From NCBI GenBank assembly GCA_944389525.1, contig CALXMR010000001.1:33698-97697 (forward strand): 64,000 bases of DNA. The letters are read 5' to 3'. This document shows positions 1-8,104 of this stretch, piece after piece. How positions within the stretch are numbered: the stretch's first letter is position 1; each line of letters begins with the position of its first letter. A model generated the notes under the pieces. The model did no database searches. It saw only the letters and a program-made list of their open reading frames with translations, and was not told where the DNA came from. The stretch comes from an uncultured Alphaproteobacteria bacterium. GTDB lineage: Bacteria > Pseudomonadota > Alphaproteobacteria > Rs-D84. A program made the translations under genes and the position numbers.

Positions 1-528
1 GGCCTCTTCCTGCATTTTCAAAAACGCGTCCAGTTCATCTTTGGTTGCAAACGCATCAACATAAATGCGTTGCAGCATTTTATTTTTTGCGTCCCCCTTC
101 CAGTATGCGCCGGCAACACTGCGAATTTTAAACGCATCACGCGGCAAATCTTTGGAACTATCCACATGCGGTCCGCGACACAAATCCACAAAATCGCGGA
201 AAGTATAAATTGATAAATCTTCCCCCGCTGCATCATATTCATTCAACCATTCCATTTTATACGGTTGGGCTGCGAATATTTCCTTGGCCTCGTCCAGTGA
301 TACATTACGCTGTTCAAACCGACCGTTTGATTTAATTAACTCGCGCATTTCGCGTTCGATTTTTGGAAAATCATCTTCGGAAAAACGGTGTTCTGTATCA
401 AAATCGTAATAGAACCCATTTTCAATGGCGGGCCCCCCTGCGAATTTAACATCTGGATATAATTTTTTCACCGCCGCCGCCAAAACATGGGCCAGCGAAT
501 GCCGTACAGTTTCAATTGGATATGACAT
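1..528 (-). CDS. thrS: threonine--tRNA ligase (partial; start codon complement at 526..528, gene continues past window start)
   Basis: The minus-strand translation begins [44 protein letters not shown]. It carries ...CRGPHV... and ...[16 protein letters not shown]..., which match the ThrRS N2/editing-domain signatures (E. coli [43 protein letters not shown]). It is absent from the ORF track because it runs off the window edge. Confidence 0.8.
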   Translation of the reverse strand, partial: [176 protein letters not shown]

Positions 529-709
529 AATAAACGCCTCTGCTTGTATTTTAAATTATGAATTTTTGTTAATTATTACATTGAACGCGCAAATGCGCAA
601 ATAGAAATCTATACCCCCGCGGGGGTTGTAGTTGTTGTGACAAAGAAAACAAAATATTTTTTCATAACAGGATTAACAATAGTACAAATTCTTTAAAAAG
701 TCAATCTGA

Positions 710-1456
710 TTAAAAATCAATTATGCAACCAAACAACACGGCGAAAAAGAAACACACACTGCCCCCGATTACAAACAGATGCCAAATCGCATGTGAAAAC
801 CGCATTTTCCGCCACAGGTAAAATATCACCCCCAATGAATACGACAATCCACCCGCCAAGATAAACCACAAACCGCGCGTTGGAATATTATGCAACATCG
901 CTGGCAGTATAAACAGCAACGCCCACCCCATTAACAAATACAGACCAACAACCCATTTTGGTTGTTGCTTTGGGTTACGCATTTTCATCACCGCACCAAA
1001 AATAACAATTGCCCATAAAATACCAAACACAGTCCAACCAATCCAACCACGCAAGTTAACCAGCAAGAAAGGCGTGTAAGTACCGGCAATCAACGCATAG
1101 ATAGCAACGCTGTCCCACACTTCAAAAAAACATTCACTTTTTCTGCCGATTGTTGCATGGCACATTGTTGACCCAAAGTACAACGTAAACATAGTTACGC
1201 CAAATATAGCACAAGAAACAATTGACCACGCATTACCAGACAAAGCCGCAAAGACAACCAATAAAGTTAAACCGGCTACTGCAAGACCAATACCAATCCC
1301 ATGCGTCAAGATATTTAAGACTTCTTCCGACTTCGTACTTGGTCTTTCCCAACGAAACAAGCCCGTAGCACGTAGAATACGTAATAAACGACTACCCCGA
1401 GGATTGTGTTTAACTTCTTTCAATTTTTTACGTATAACTTTTGTTGTTTTTGTCAT
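710..1456 (-). CDS. hemolysin III family (PAQR/YqfA-like) 7-TM membrane protein
   Basis: 248 aa, polytopic and hydrophobic, with His-containing motifs typical of the HlyIII/PAQR family. Its start overlaps the upstream gene by 4 bp (ATGA). Confidence 0.65.
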   Translation of the reverse strand: MTKTTKVIRKKLKEVKHNPRGSRLLRILRATGLFRWERPSTKSEEVLNILTHGIGIGLAVAGLTLLVVFAALSGNAWSIVSCAIFGVTMFTLYFGSTMCHATIGRKSECFFEVWDSVAIYALIAGTYTPFLLVNLRGWIGWTVFGILWAIVIFGAVMKMRNPKQQPKWVVGLYLLMGWALLFILPAMLHNIPTRGLWFILAGGLSYSLGVIFYLWRKMRFSHAIWHLFVIGGSVCFFFAVLFGCIIDF

Positions 1457-2469
1457 TTATCGTACTCCTGTTCCAATTGCTTTAAATTTACTTTATTTTT
1501 ACGATTATTCGCATAATCAATATAATATTTTGGCATACCCATCCACTTAACAAGATTTTTATACTGGCTGCGGAAATGCCCTTCACCAAAATGACACCAT
1601 ACAGTATCATTTTTATTTAACGCATCAGCAATTTGATTCAACATATACGGATCACGAAACAGCATAGTCATTTGCAGATATGCATTTGGATTTTGTTTCA
1701 AAAACTCAAAATCCTGAACCCACTTTGAATTCAAAATATTATTCATACCATTAATATCAATTGGTAAATCTGGGAAATTTTCATTCCATGCGCGTACCAT
1801 ATTTCGTCGTAATAACTTTTGAACCGAAATATCCGCTACATTACAATTTTCCCCGCATCCAGCATTAAAAACACGCAATAATTTCTGCCTATCAAATTTA
1901 TAACCGGGATAAATTTCTTGCAACGCATTAAAAACCTGAAGCTCAAACGCCTCAACCATATTAGTACATCCAGTTTTCGGCGTCGCCGCAACCGCTGCCC
2001 GAACATCTATTTTATGCCCAGGAAATGCATCATTTAATGCCGCTTGACGCGCATCGTGCCCAATATCTGCCAAGACGACTGGAACACCCAGACTTGTGGC
2101 CATAGCCGCTCCGTACTCTAATGTATTCAAACTCTTATCACTACTAATTGTAAATTCTTTACCGGGTTCCAATTTTTGCATCGCCGATAATATGTTATAA
2201 AACTTTATACGAGATACCAATGCATCGCTATCTAAATCATGTAGTTTTCGCCCGGAACTTTCATACTCAACAACAAAAACATCAGGCAAATCTTTATGTT
2301 TAAAGCAATCATTAACCATATTAAACGATTCGACAGTCGAATGCGTTTCCGCTAAATAAAATAATTTTTTTCCGTCTCGTTCAAATACTGCAACATACGG
2401 TGGCCGCCGCATACCAGCCTCCATTGGCTTTCCCATATCAATGAAAGTTTCGTCTGGTTTAAATTGCAT
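1453..2469 (-). CDS. hypothetical protein, possibly TraB/GumN family
   Basis: 338 aa, with no signal peptide. It has an N-terminal ...KKLFYLAETHST... and a C-terminal ...VWCHFGEGHF..., reminiscent of the LlGTiH / vGaaHl.G motifs of the TraB/GumN family. Its coordinates overlap both the gltX stop and the hlyIII start, so it sits in an operon. Confidence 0.45.
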   Translation of the reverse strand: MQFKPDETFIDMGKPMEAGMRRPPYVAVFERDGKKLFYLAETHSTVESFNMVNDCFKHKDLPDVFVVEYESSGRKLHDLDSDALVSRIKFYNILSAMQKLEPGKEFTISSDKSLNTLEYGAAMATSLGVPVVLADIGHDARQAALNDAFPGHKIDVRAAVAATPKTGCTNMVEAFELQVFNALQEIYPGYKFDRQKLLRVFNAGCGENCNVADISVQKLLRRNMVRAWNENFPDLPIDINGMNNILNSKWVQDFEFLKQNPNAYLQMTMLFRDPYMLNQIADALNKNDTVWCHFGEGHFRSQYKNLVKWMGMPKYYIDYANNRKNKVNLKQLEQEYDK

Positions 2470-4033
2470 TTTTTACTCTTTGCACAACACGTTCTTGTCC
2501 CATAACCTGCATAATCGAATACAAATCCGGGGTATTTGTGCGCCCCGTTACCGCCACACGCAGATTCATCGCAACATCGCCATTTTTAACACCCGCATTT
2601 GCGGCAATCGCAACAATTTTATTCCACCAAGTGTCCTTGTCATCGCAAATATCAAATGTTTCCAAAAACGCGCGCAATAAATCATGATTGAATGCATATT
2701 CAGTATTTGGTGCGAACAAATCGTCCCAGAAATAGGACACTTCATCCAAAGTCTGTTTCCATGTAATAAAATCTTTGCGAATGCGTTTTGGATTATCGCG
2801 TTCAATTGCCAAAATATTTTTCAGATATTCTGGATTACCACCGATTCGCGCCGCCCATATCGAATCGTATTCGTTTGCCCAATCACGAACGCGCCGCACT
2901 AATTCCTCAACCGACATTGTTCCAATAAATTCACGCGCCCACCATTCCAACTTTCTCATATCAAACAGCGCGCCCGACATTGGGATTTTCTTTGGTCGCA
3001 ATTGGTATTCCCAAATATTTTTAACCTGACCTTTGTTTTTTGCCTCTTCATACCCAGATGCCGCAATATTAAACAGATATTCCAACACAGCCTCGACCGG
3101 CCAACCATCGGCCAGAAAGAATGCAACATTCGCCTCGGGGTCATGACGCTTGGATAATTTTCGCTGTTTTCCAGTATCCGCATCAATTTTGTCAATTGTT
3201 GATGTATGAATATACATCGGCGGGGTCCACCCCATCATACGAAACAATTGAACATGCAGCGGGAATGATGGCAACCATTCTTCACCGCGTACAACATGCG
3301 TTGTGCGCATAAAATGATCATCACACAGATGCGCGAAATGATATGTTGGCAAACCATCATTTGATTTAATTAAAACAATATCTTCGTTATTTTCTGGGAA
3401 CCCGATTGAACCACGCACGGCATCTTTACAGAAAATTCGCTGTTGTGGGTTACCGGTCGAATATAAACGAATCGATGGCACATCACCTGCGTCCAGACGG
3501 CGAATTATCTCTTCTTCTGTGATATCACGATCGCGCGCAAATTCACCATAAATGCCGGTGGCAAATCCCGCAGCCTTTTGATTTTCACGAATGCGCGCCA
3601 TCTCGTCCGCGGTCAAAAAGCACGGATACGCCAGCCCACGCGCCAATAAATCCGCCGCCACACTGTGATAAATATCGCGCCGCTGGGACTGGTAATACGG
3701 TCCATATTCTGGGACATCATTATACTGCAATCCGAATCGCTGCATTGAATTTTTTATAATTTCTACGGCATCTGCAACCTCGCGCTTGGTATCCGTATCT
3801 TCGATGCGCAACATAAAGACACCACCCGTATCATACGCCAATTTGCAATCAATCAATGCCTGGTACAGACCACCAATATGCATATATCCTGTTGGACTGG
3901 GTGCAAAGCGCGTTACATACGCACCATCCGGCAAATTGCGTGGCGGGAATTTTTCCTCCAATTCCGCCAAAGTATATTTTGGCGCGCCGCCCAACACACG
4001 TGCAATTAAATCAGCCGATAAACCTTTACGCAT
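2459..4033 (-). CDS. gltX: glutamate--tRNA ligase
   Basis: The class I HIGH motif RFAPSPTGYMHIGG and the KLSKR (KMSKS-type) motif are present. The 524 aa length fits a GluRS. Confidence 0.9.
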   Translation of the reverse strand: MRKGLSADLIARVLGGAPKYTLAELEEKFPPRNLPDGAYVTRFAPSPTGYMHIGGLYQALIDCKLAYDTGGVFMLRIEDTDTKREVADAVEIIKNSMQRFGLQYNDVPEYGPYYQSQRRDIYHSVAADLLARGLAYPCFLTADEMARIRENQKAAGFATGIYGEFARDRDITEEEIIRRLDAGDVPSIRLYSTGNPQQRIFCKDAVRGSIGFPENNEDIVLIKSNDGLPTYHFAHLCDDHFMRTTHVVRGEEWLPSFPLHVQLFRMMGWTPPMYIHTSTIDKIDADTGKQRKLSKRHDPEANVAFFLADGWPVEAVLEYLFNIAASGYEEAKNKGQVKNIWEYQLRPKKIPMSGALFDMRKLEWWAREFIGTMSVEELVRRVRDWANEYDSIWAARIGGNPEYLKNILAIERDNPKRIRKDFITWKQTLDEVSYFWDDLFAPNTEYAFNHDLLRAFLETFDICDDKDTWWNKIVAIAANAGVKNGDVAMNLRVAVTGRTNTPDLYSIMQVMGQERVVQRVKNAI

Positions 4034-4586
4034 TTTTATTTTCCTTTTCCCATTCTGATTTTAATTTCGAATACACCGCAACATCAGTCGATGCATCGCG
4101 CAAAATATACGCACCACGCAAAACACCCTCGGCCACGTATCCGGCACGTTCAGCCACCGCACATGATTTTTTATTGCGCACATCCACGCGAATTTCCACC
4201 CGACGCATTTCCAACATATCAAACGCCAATTTTTCCATCGCACGCACCGCACGCGTCATAATTCCGCGCCCATTATAATCACGCGATAGCCAATACCCAA
4301 TCTCGGCCGTTTTATGGCTTTCAGAAATTCTTACAAAGTCAATCGAACCGACAATTTTACCATCCATAATGATATAGTAATTCGATGTCGTGATTTCAGA
4401 AGACTTCAACAAATGCGGATACATATCTTCTGGGCAATTTGACTTATCCACCCATCCCAACCATTCGGCCATATACTCACGTTGGGAATCCACCAATTCA
4501 AACAGATAACGCGCCGTATCGAACGTTGGCGCGACTTTTTCCAAACGGAAATCACCACAGTCTATTGTTTTTGGAAAATCAGTCAT
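4026..4586 (-). CDS. GNAT family N-acetyltransferase (RimJ/RimL-like)
   Basis: 186 aa with a GNAT acetyl-CoA binding core (..RVEIRVDVRNKKSCAVAERAGYVAEGVLRG..). Confidence 0.7.
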   Translation of the reverse strand: MTDFPKTIDCGDFRLEKVAPTFDTARYLFELVDSQREYMAEWLGWVDKSNCPEDMYPHLLKSSEITTSNYYIIMDGKIVGSIDFVRISESHKTAEIGYWLSRDYNGRGIMTRAVRAMEKLAFDMLEMRRVEIRVDVRNKKSCAVAERAGYVAEGVLRGAYILRDASTDVAVYSKLKSEWEKENKNA

Positions 4587-4632
4587 TTTATAAATCCTTG
4601 TTTTATCAACTTTTGAATTTTATACTAAATAT

Positions 4633-5274
4633 ATGGAAAAACAAGAAATAAGAACATTTGGCCGCAGACACGGCAAAAAATTATCCGCCCGTCAAACAAT
4701 GCTGATTGACCGGGTTTTACCGACAATTTCACCAACAAATTTGCCGGCAAATACCGGTAAAATACTGGAAATTGGTTTTGGTGCGGGCGAACATTTGCGT
4801 GAAATTGCCCGGCAAAACCCGGATAAAATCATAATTGGCGCAGAACCATTTATGAATGGCGTTGCATCATTATTATCGGCAATTACGAACGAATCGAACG
4901 TTGTTCGCGATGAATATAAAAACATTCGCGTATATCCAGACGATGTGCGCGATTTTTTGCGACAAACCGATTCGCAATTTGAACAAATTTGGATTCTGCA
5001 CCCCGACCCCTGGCCCAAGGCACGACACGAAAAACGCCGCCTGTTACATGCCGATTTTTTAAAAAATTTATTAAATTATCTGACCCCAGATGGCGAAATC
5101 ATCATCGGCACTGACCACTGGGAATATTTTGATTGGATTGTTGAAAACGCAAAAAATGCCGGATTACATGCATCCACACCAGATATAAATACCATTCATA
5201 CCCGCTATCAAAATAAAAATATGGCCGGCACATCGGCACCAAAATATCTGGTTATCCACGCCCAACAGAACTAA
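4633..5274 (+). CDS. trmB: tRNA (guanine-N7)-methyltransferase
   Basis: 213 aa with a SAM-binding EIGFGAGEHL motif and the C-terminal organisation typical of TrmB. Confidence 0.8.
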   Translation: MEKQEIRTFGRRHGKKLSARQTMLIDRVLPTISPTNLPANTGKILEIGFGAGEHLREIARQNPDKIIIGAEPFMNGVASLLSAITNESNVVRDEYKNIRVYPDDVRDFLRQTDSQFEQIWILHPDPWPKARHEKRRLLHADFLKNLLNYLTPDGEIIIGTDHWEYFDWIVENAKNAGLHASTPDINTIHTRYQNKNMAGTSAPKYLVIHAQQN

Positions 5275-5920
5275 TAAAAAACATTGTTCGCGATAAATAA
5301 TCTGGGGCAATTAAATGAACCAGACGCGCGACCTGGTCTATGCGCGATGTGGTCAATCCTGTTGCAAAATGTATCATGCCATCAAAATTATTTTCAATCA
5401 CCCCCAGCATGGCATACACGCGCCCAACAAAATCCGAATCATCGCCATTATCGTGTGTCAGTGCCAATATTAGTCCATCTGTGCGTATTTTTTTTAACAG
5501 CCCAAACAACACCGGCCAATCAAATGGTCCTATCTCGTCAATGTCTATCCCGATGAATAAATCTTTGTTAAAAAACAAATCATCCCGAATCAGATGCATC
5601 TGGGATACAAAATCGGCCAAATCACTAAACCGCACAAACAATTGCACCCCATCGGCGCCGCGTTTAAAAACGGTATTTATTTTTTGTGTGATATCCGCCA
5701 CATCCGCCCCCAGGTATAAACGGGCATATATTTTCACCCCCCTGTTTTCCAACCACGGCCATACTGTTGCGACATTTTCTGGCAACATTGATACAATTGG
5801 AATTTTTTGTGCGATAACATTTTCCGCCACGCGCGCCAAATCTGTGGCATCGCCACCACCTGTGCACCACGTGCCTACACATACATTTGTATCCAACAGA
5901 ATATTTTCACCATCTATCAT
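5252..5920 (-). CDS. hypothetical protein (alpha/beta, possibly TIM-barrel-like)
   Basis: 222 aa of coherent, non-low-complexity sequence that I cannot assign to a family by eye. The antisense part of ORF 5340..6911 covers it and is a spurious Ser-rich reading. Confidence 0.5.
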   Translation of the reverse strand: MIDGENILLDTNVCVGTWCTGGGDATDLARVAENVIAQKIPIVSMLPENVATVWPWLENRGVKIYARLYLGADVADITQKINTVFKRGADGVQLFVRFSDLADFVSQMHLIRDDLFFNKDLFIGIDIDEIGPFDWPVLFGLLKKIRTDGLILALTHDNGDDSDFVGRVYAMLGVIENNFDGMIHFATGLTTSRIDQVARLVHLIAPDYLSRTMFFISSVGRG

Positions 5921-5963
5921 TGCACTTTTTACTTTATCACAAATATGTTATAATAAAAAGCAA

Positions 5964-6911
5964 ATGAGAATCCGATACGACAATATTTTACTGGGAATAT
6001 TATGGCTGTTGGCGATGACACTGGGGGCGTCATTCTGGTTTAACACGGCATACAGTTTTGATATATTTTCATCATCGCATTGGCAATATTTATCTTATAT
6101 GCAGGCATCGCGTATGCCGGTACGCGTTGGTTTTTATATATCGATGGTGATTATTATTTTTGCCACGATATTTGGCCTGTATCTGATTGCACGACCAAAA
6201 TTACGCAAAATCAGATTACCAATTATGAAAACGGGTCGCACCACGACACAGCCTGGGGTAAATTCTGACACAAAAATTCAACAATCTGCCCCAGACACCA
6301 CACGGTCAGATGCATCCACGCTGGACCTACTGCCCGCAGAAAACCAGCCGCCACAAACATCTGCGCGCCCCCAGTCGCCATATGCATCCACGCGACCACC
6401 GCGTCTGGTACTGCCAACAACGAATTCTGGGGCTATCCATCCTGCCCCACGCCAGGCTGGCCCCAACATTCAACCCCAGACCACACCCACCCCCCAGCCC
6501 CAAGACTGGCCCGAACTGCGCGAAATTTTTGCATCCGCCGGATATGTGGTAAAACCCGCCCCACGAATAAACGGTATCCAGATTGCACTGTTGGCAATCG
6601 GCACAAATGAAACATTGTGGATTGGTGGCGTTGGTATCAAGACAACGGATATGCGAACCGCCATAGACAGACTGCAACAAATATTTTCCGACACACTGGA
6701 CGAAACATACATAGATGTAACTGGCTTTGTCATTGCGGCCCCAGATGCGGCAACATCTGAATTTACAGACATATTAATGTTTAATTCCATGTCTGAATTA
6801 CGCGAATACATGCGCGATAAATCGAATCCAGTACTGACAGATGACGATGGTATGTTTGATGCATACTCTGACTACATAGATGCGGTAATCAGTCACATAG
6901 GCAAGATATGA
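5964..6911 (+). CDS. hypothetical membrane protein with Pro/Gln/Thr-rich linker and ~130 aa C-terminal domain
   Basis: This is the first ATG (MRIRYDNILLGILWLLAMTLG) after the antisense overlap. Two N-terminal TM helices are followed by a low-complexity P/Q/T-rich spacer (PQTSARPQSPYASTRPPRLVLP..TPTPQPQ). The C-terminal domain then shows an alternating beta/alpha pattern (IQIALLAIGTNETLWIGGVGI..., DVTGFVIAAPD). Confidence 0.5.
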   Translation: MRIRYDNILLGILWLLAMTLGASFWFNTAYSFDIFSSSHWQYLSYMQASRMPVRVGFYISMVIIIFATIFGLYLIARPKLRKIRLPIMKTGRTTTQPGVNSDTKIQQSAPDTTRSDASTLDLLPAENQPPQTSARPQSPYASTRPPRLVLPTTNSGAIHPAPRQAGPNIQPQTTPTPQPQDWPELREIFASAGYVVKPAPRINGIQIALLAIGTNETLWIGGVGIKTTDMRTAIDRLQQIFSDTLDETYIDVTGFVIAAPDAATSEFTDILMFNSMSELREYMRDKSNPVLTDDDGMFDAYSDYIDAVISHIGKI

Positions 6912-7417
6912 AACAACTAACGCGCGATAACGCGGAAAAAAGATTATCAGACATGAATATGGGCGATATGCCTGTGATAGAGTATCGCCCCAACCCGGCG
7001 CGCATTGATTCAGATTGGTTTAAAAAATACAAAAAATTACGGCGCGAATTTATCATGTCGCTGACAGATTCAGTAGAGTTATTGGCGATGATGAACCTGA
7101 CCCAGGATGAATTTATGGCACTTATAATGGGACGCGCATTGCCAGATAATTTTTCACTACGTATGCGAATTCCACTGATATGGGGCGGCGATTTAAGTAT
7201 CGATAACATGTTCATGTGTCGCACATTTCCCCATTCACAAAAACTGGACAAATTTATACTCGACCAATATGGTAACGATATCATCTGGTTGCCGAATCCG
7301 GCCAAGAAAATATATATACCATTACACAACATATCTGGTGGTGACGGCGGAAACGCCACATCAGACAGACTCAGCCAGATTGCCGCGCAAATTGTCGCCA
7401 ATCGCGGCATGGAATAA
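6908..7417 (+). CDS. hypothetical protein (169 aa)
   Basis: Its start overlaps the upstream stop (ATGA), so it is translationally coupled. No family recognised. Confidence 0.45.
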   Translation: MKQLTRDNAEKRLSDMNMGDMPVIEYRPNPARIDSDWFKKYKKLRREFIMSLTDSVELLAMMNLTQDEFMALIMGRALPDNFSLRMRIPLIWGGDLSIDNMFMCRTFPHSQKLDKFILDQYGNDIIWLPNPAKKIYIPLHNISGGDGGNATSDRLSQIAAQIVANRGME

Positions 7418-7419
7418 AC

Positions 7420-7869
7420 ATGGGGGCATACAAAATGACATGCGCAGAATTTTTATCACAAATGAAAACGCACGGCGCATATATCGCGCCCCCGATGCCC
7501 CAGAATAATACTCTGATTGCGACAACCAACTTGCAACAACTGCGTGTGGCAATGTTGCCGAAATTTATGATTGAACTGTATTCGCAATGTGGCGGATTAA
7601 TACTGGATACCGGGTATATATTCGGTCCGTCTGAAATTAATCGTGGCAAGAATTACCCTGTGCCAGATATTGTCCAGATTAATCGCGATACCGCGGGCAT
7701 ACTGGCACTGTGCGGTAAAACAATTTTTGGCCGCAATGATTTATTTTTGTTTGCGTTTGATTCATTTGGTGTGTGTCAAATGCTGGATAACATAACACTG
7801 GCGGCGATGCGCACATACGATGATCCATGGCGCGCAATGACCGACTGTTTAATCGCGGGAAAATTATAA
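7420..7869 (+). CDS. SUKH (SMI1/KNR4)-like protein
   Basis: 149 aa with LPKFMIELYSQCGGL, IFGPSEI and LFAFDSFG segments. These resemble the LPxxYxxFLxxxNGG, IFg and aFa.dg.G blocks of SUKH-1 immunity-type proteins. It starts 2 nt after the upstream stop. Confidence 0.45.
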   Translation: MGAYKMTCAEFLSQMKTHGAYIAPPMPQNNTLIATTNLQQLRVAMLPKFMIELYSQCGGLILDTGYIFGPSEINRGKNYPVPDIVQINRDTAGILALCGKTIFGRNDLFLFAFDSFGVCQMLDNITLAAMRTYDDPWRAMTDCLIAGKL

Positions 7870-7874
7870 TAACA

Positions 7875-8081
7875 ATGAAAAAACTGTCTGTATCTTTATC
7901 AGGTCACCAAACCAGCATTTCACTGGAACCAGAATTCATTGATGCATTACACAAAATCGCAATGCGCGAAAAAAAATCTGTGGCATCAATTATTGAACAG
8001 ATTGACGCGGCGCGCCATGCTGATGAAAACTTGTCATCTGCGATACGCGTTTGGATTTTCAAAAAATGCTGTATATGCTGA
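7875..8081 (+). CDS. ribbon-helix-helix domain protein
   Basis: MKKLSVSLSGHQTSISLEPEFIDALHKIAMREKKSVASIIEQIDAARHADENLSSAIRVWIF matches the conserved small alphaproteobacterial RHH family (SLSGHRTSISLE...NLSSAIRV). Confidence 0.6.
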   Translation: MKKLSVSLSGHQTSISLEPEFIDALHKIAMREKKSVASIIEQIDAARHADENLSSAIRVWIFKKCCIC

Positions 8082-8104
8082 AAATAATGCATATACAGCG
8101 ATTT

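Noticed and set aside
18-242. 74 aa minus-strand ORF from the track at the window start
   Set aside because: It lies in a different frame inside the thrS coding region. The thrS frame gives an unambiguous ThrRS translation, whereas this ORF has none.
5340-5963. 5' extension of ORF 5340..6911 (523 aa) on the plus strand
   Set aside because: The first ~200 codons are antisense to the coherent gene 5252..5920 and translate to a Ser/Pro-rich low-complexity sequence. The real gene most likely starts at the ATG at 5964.
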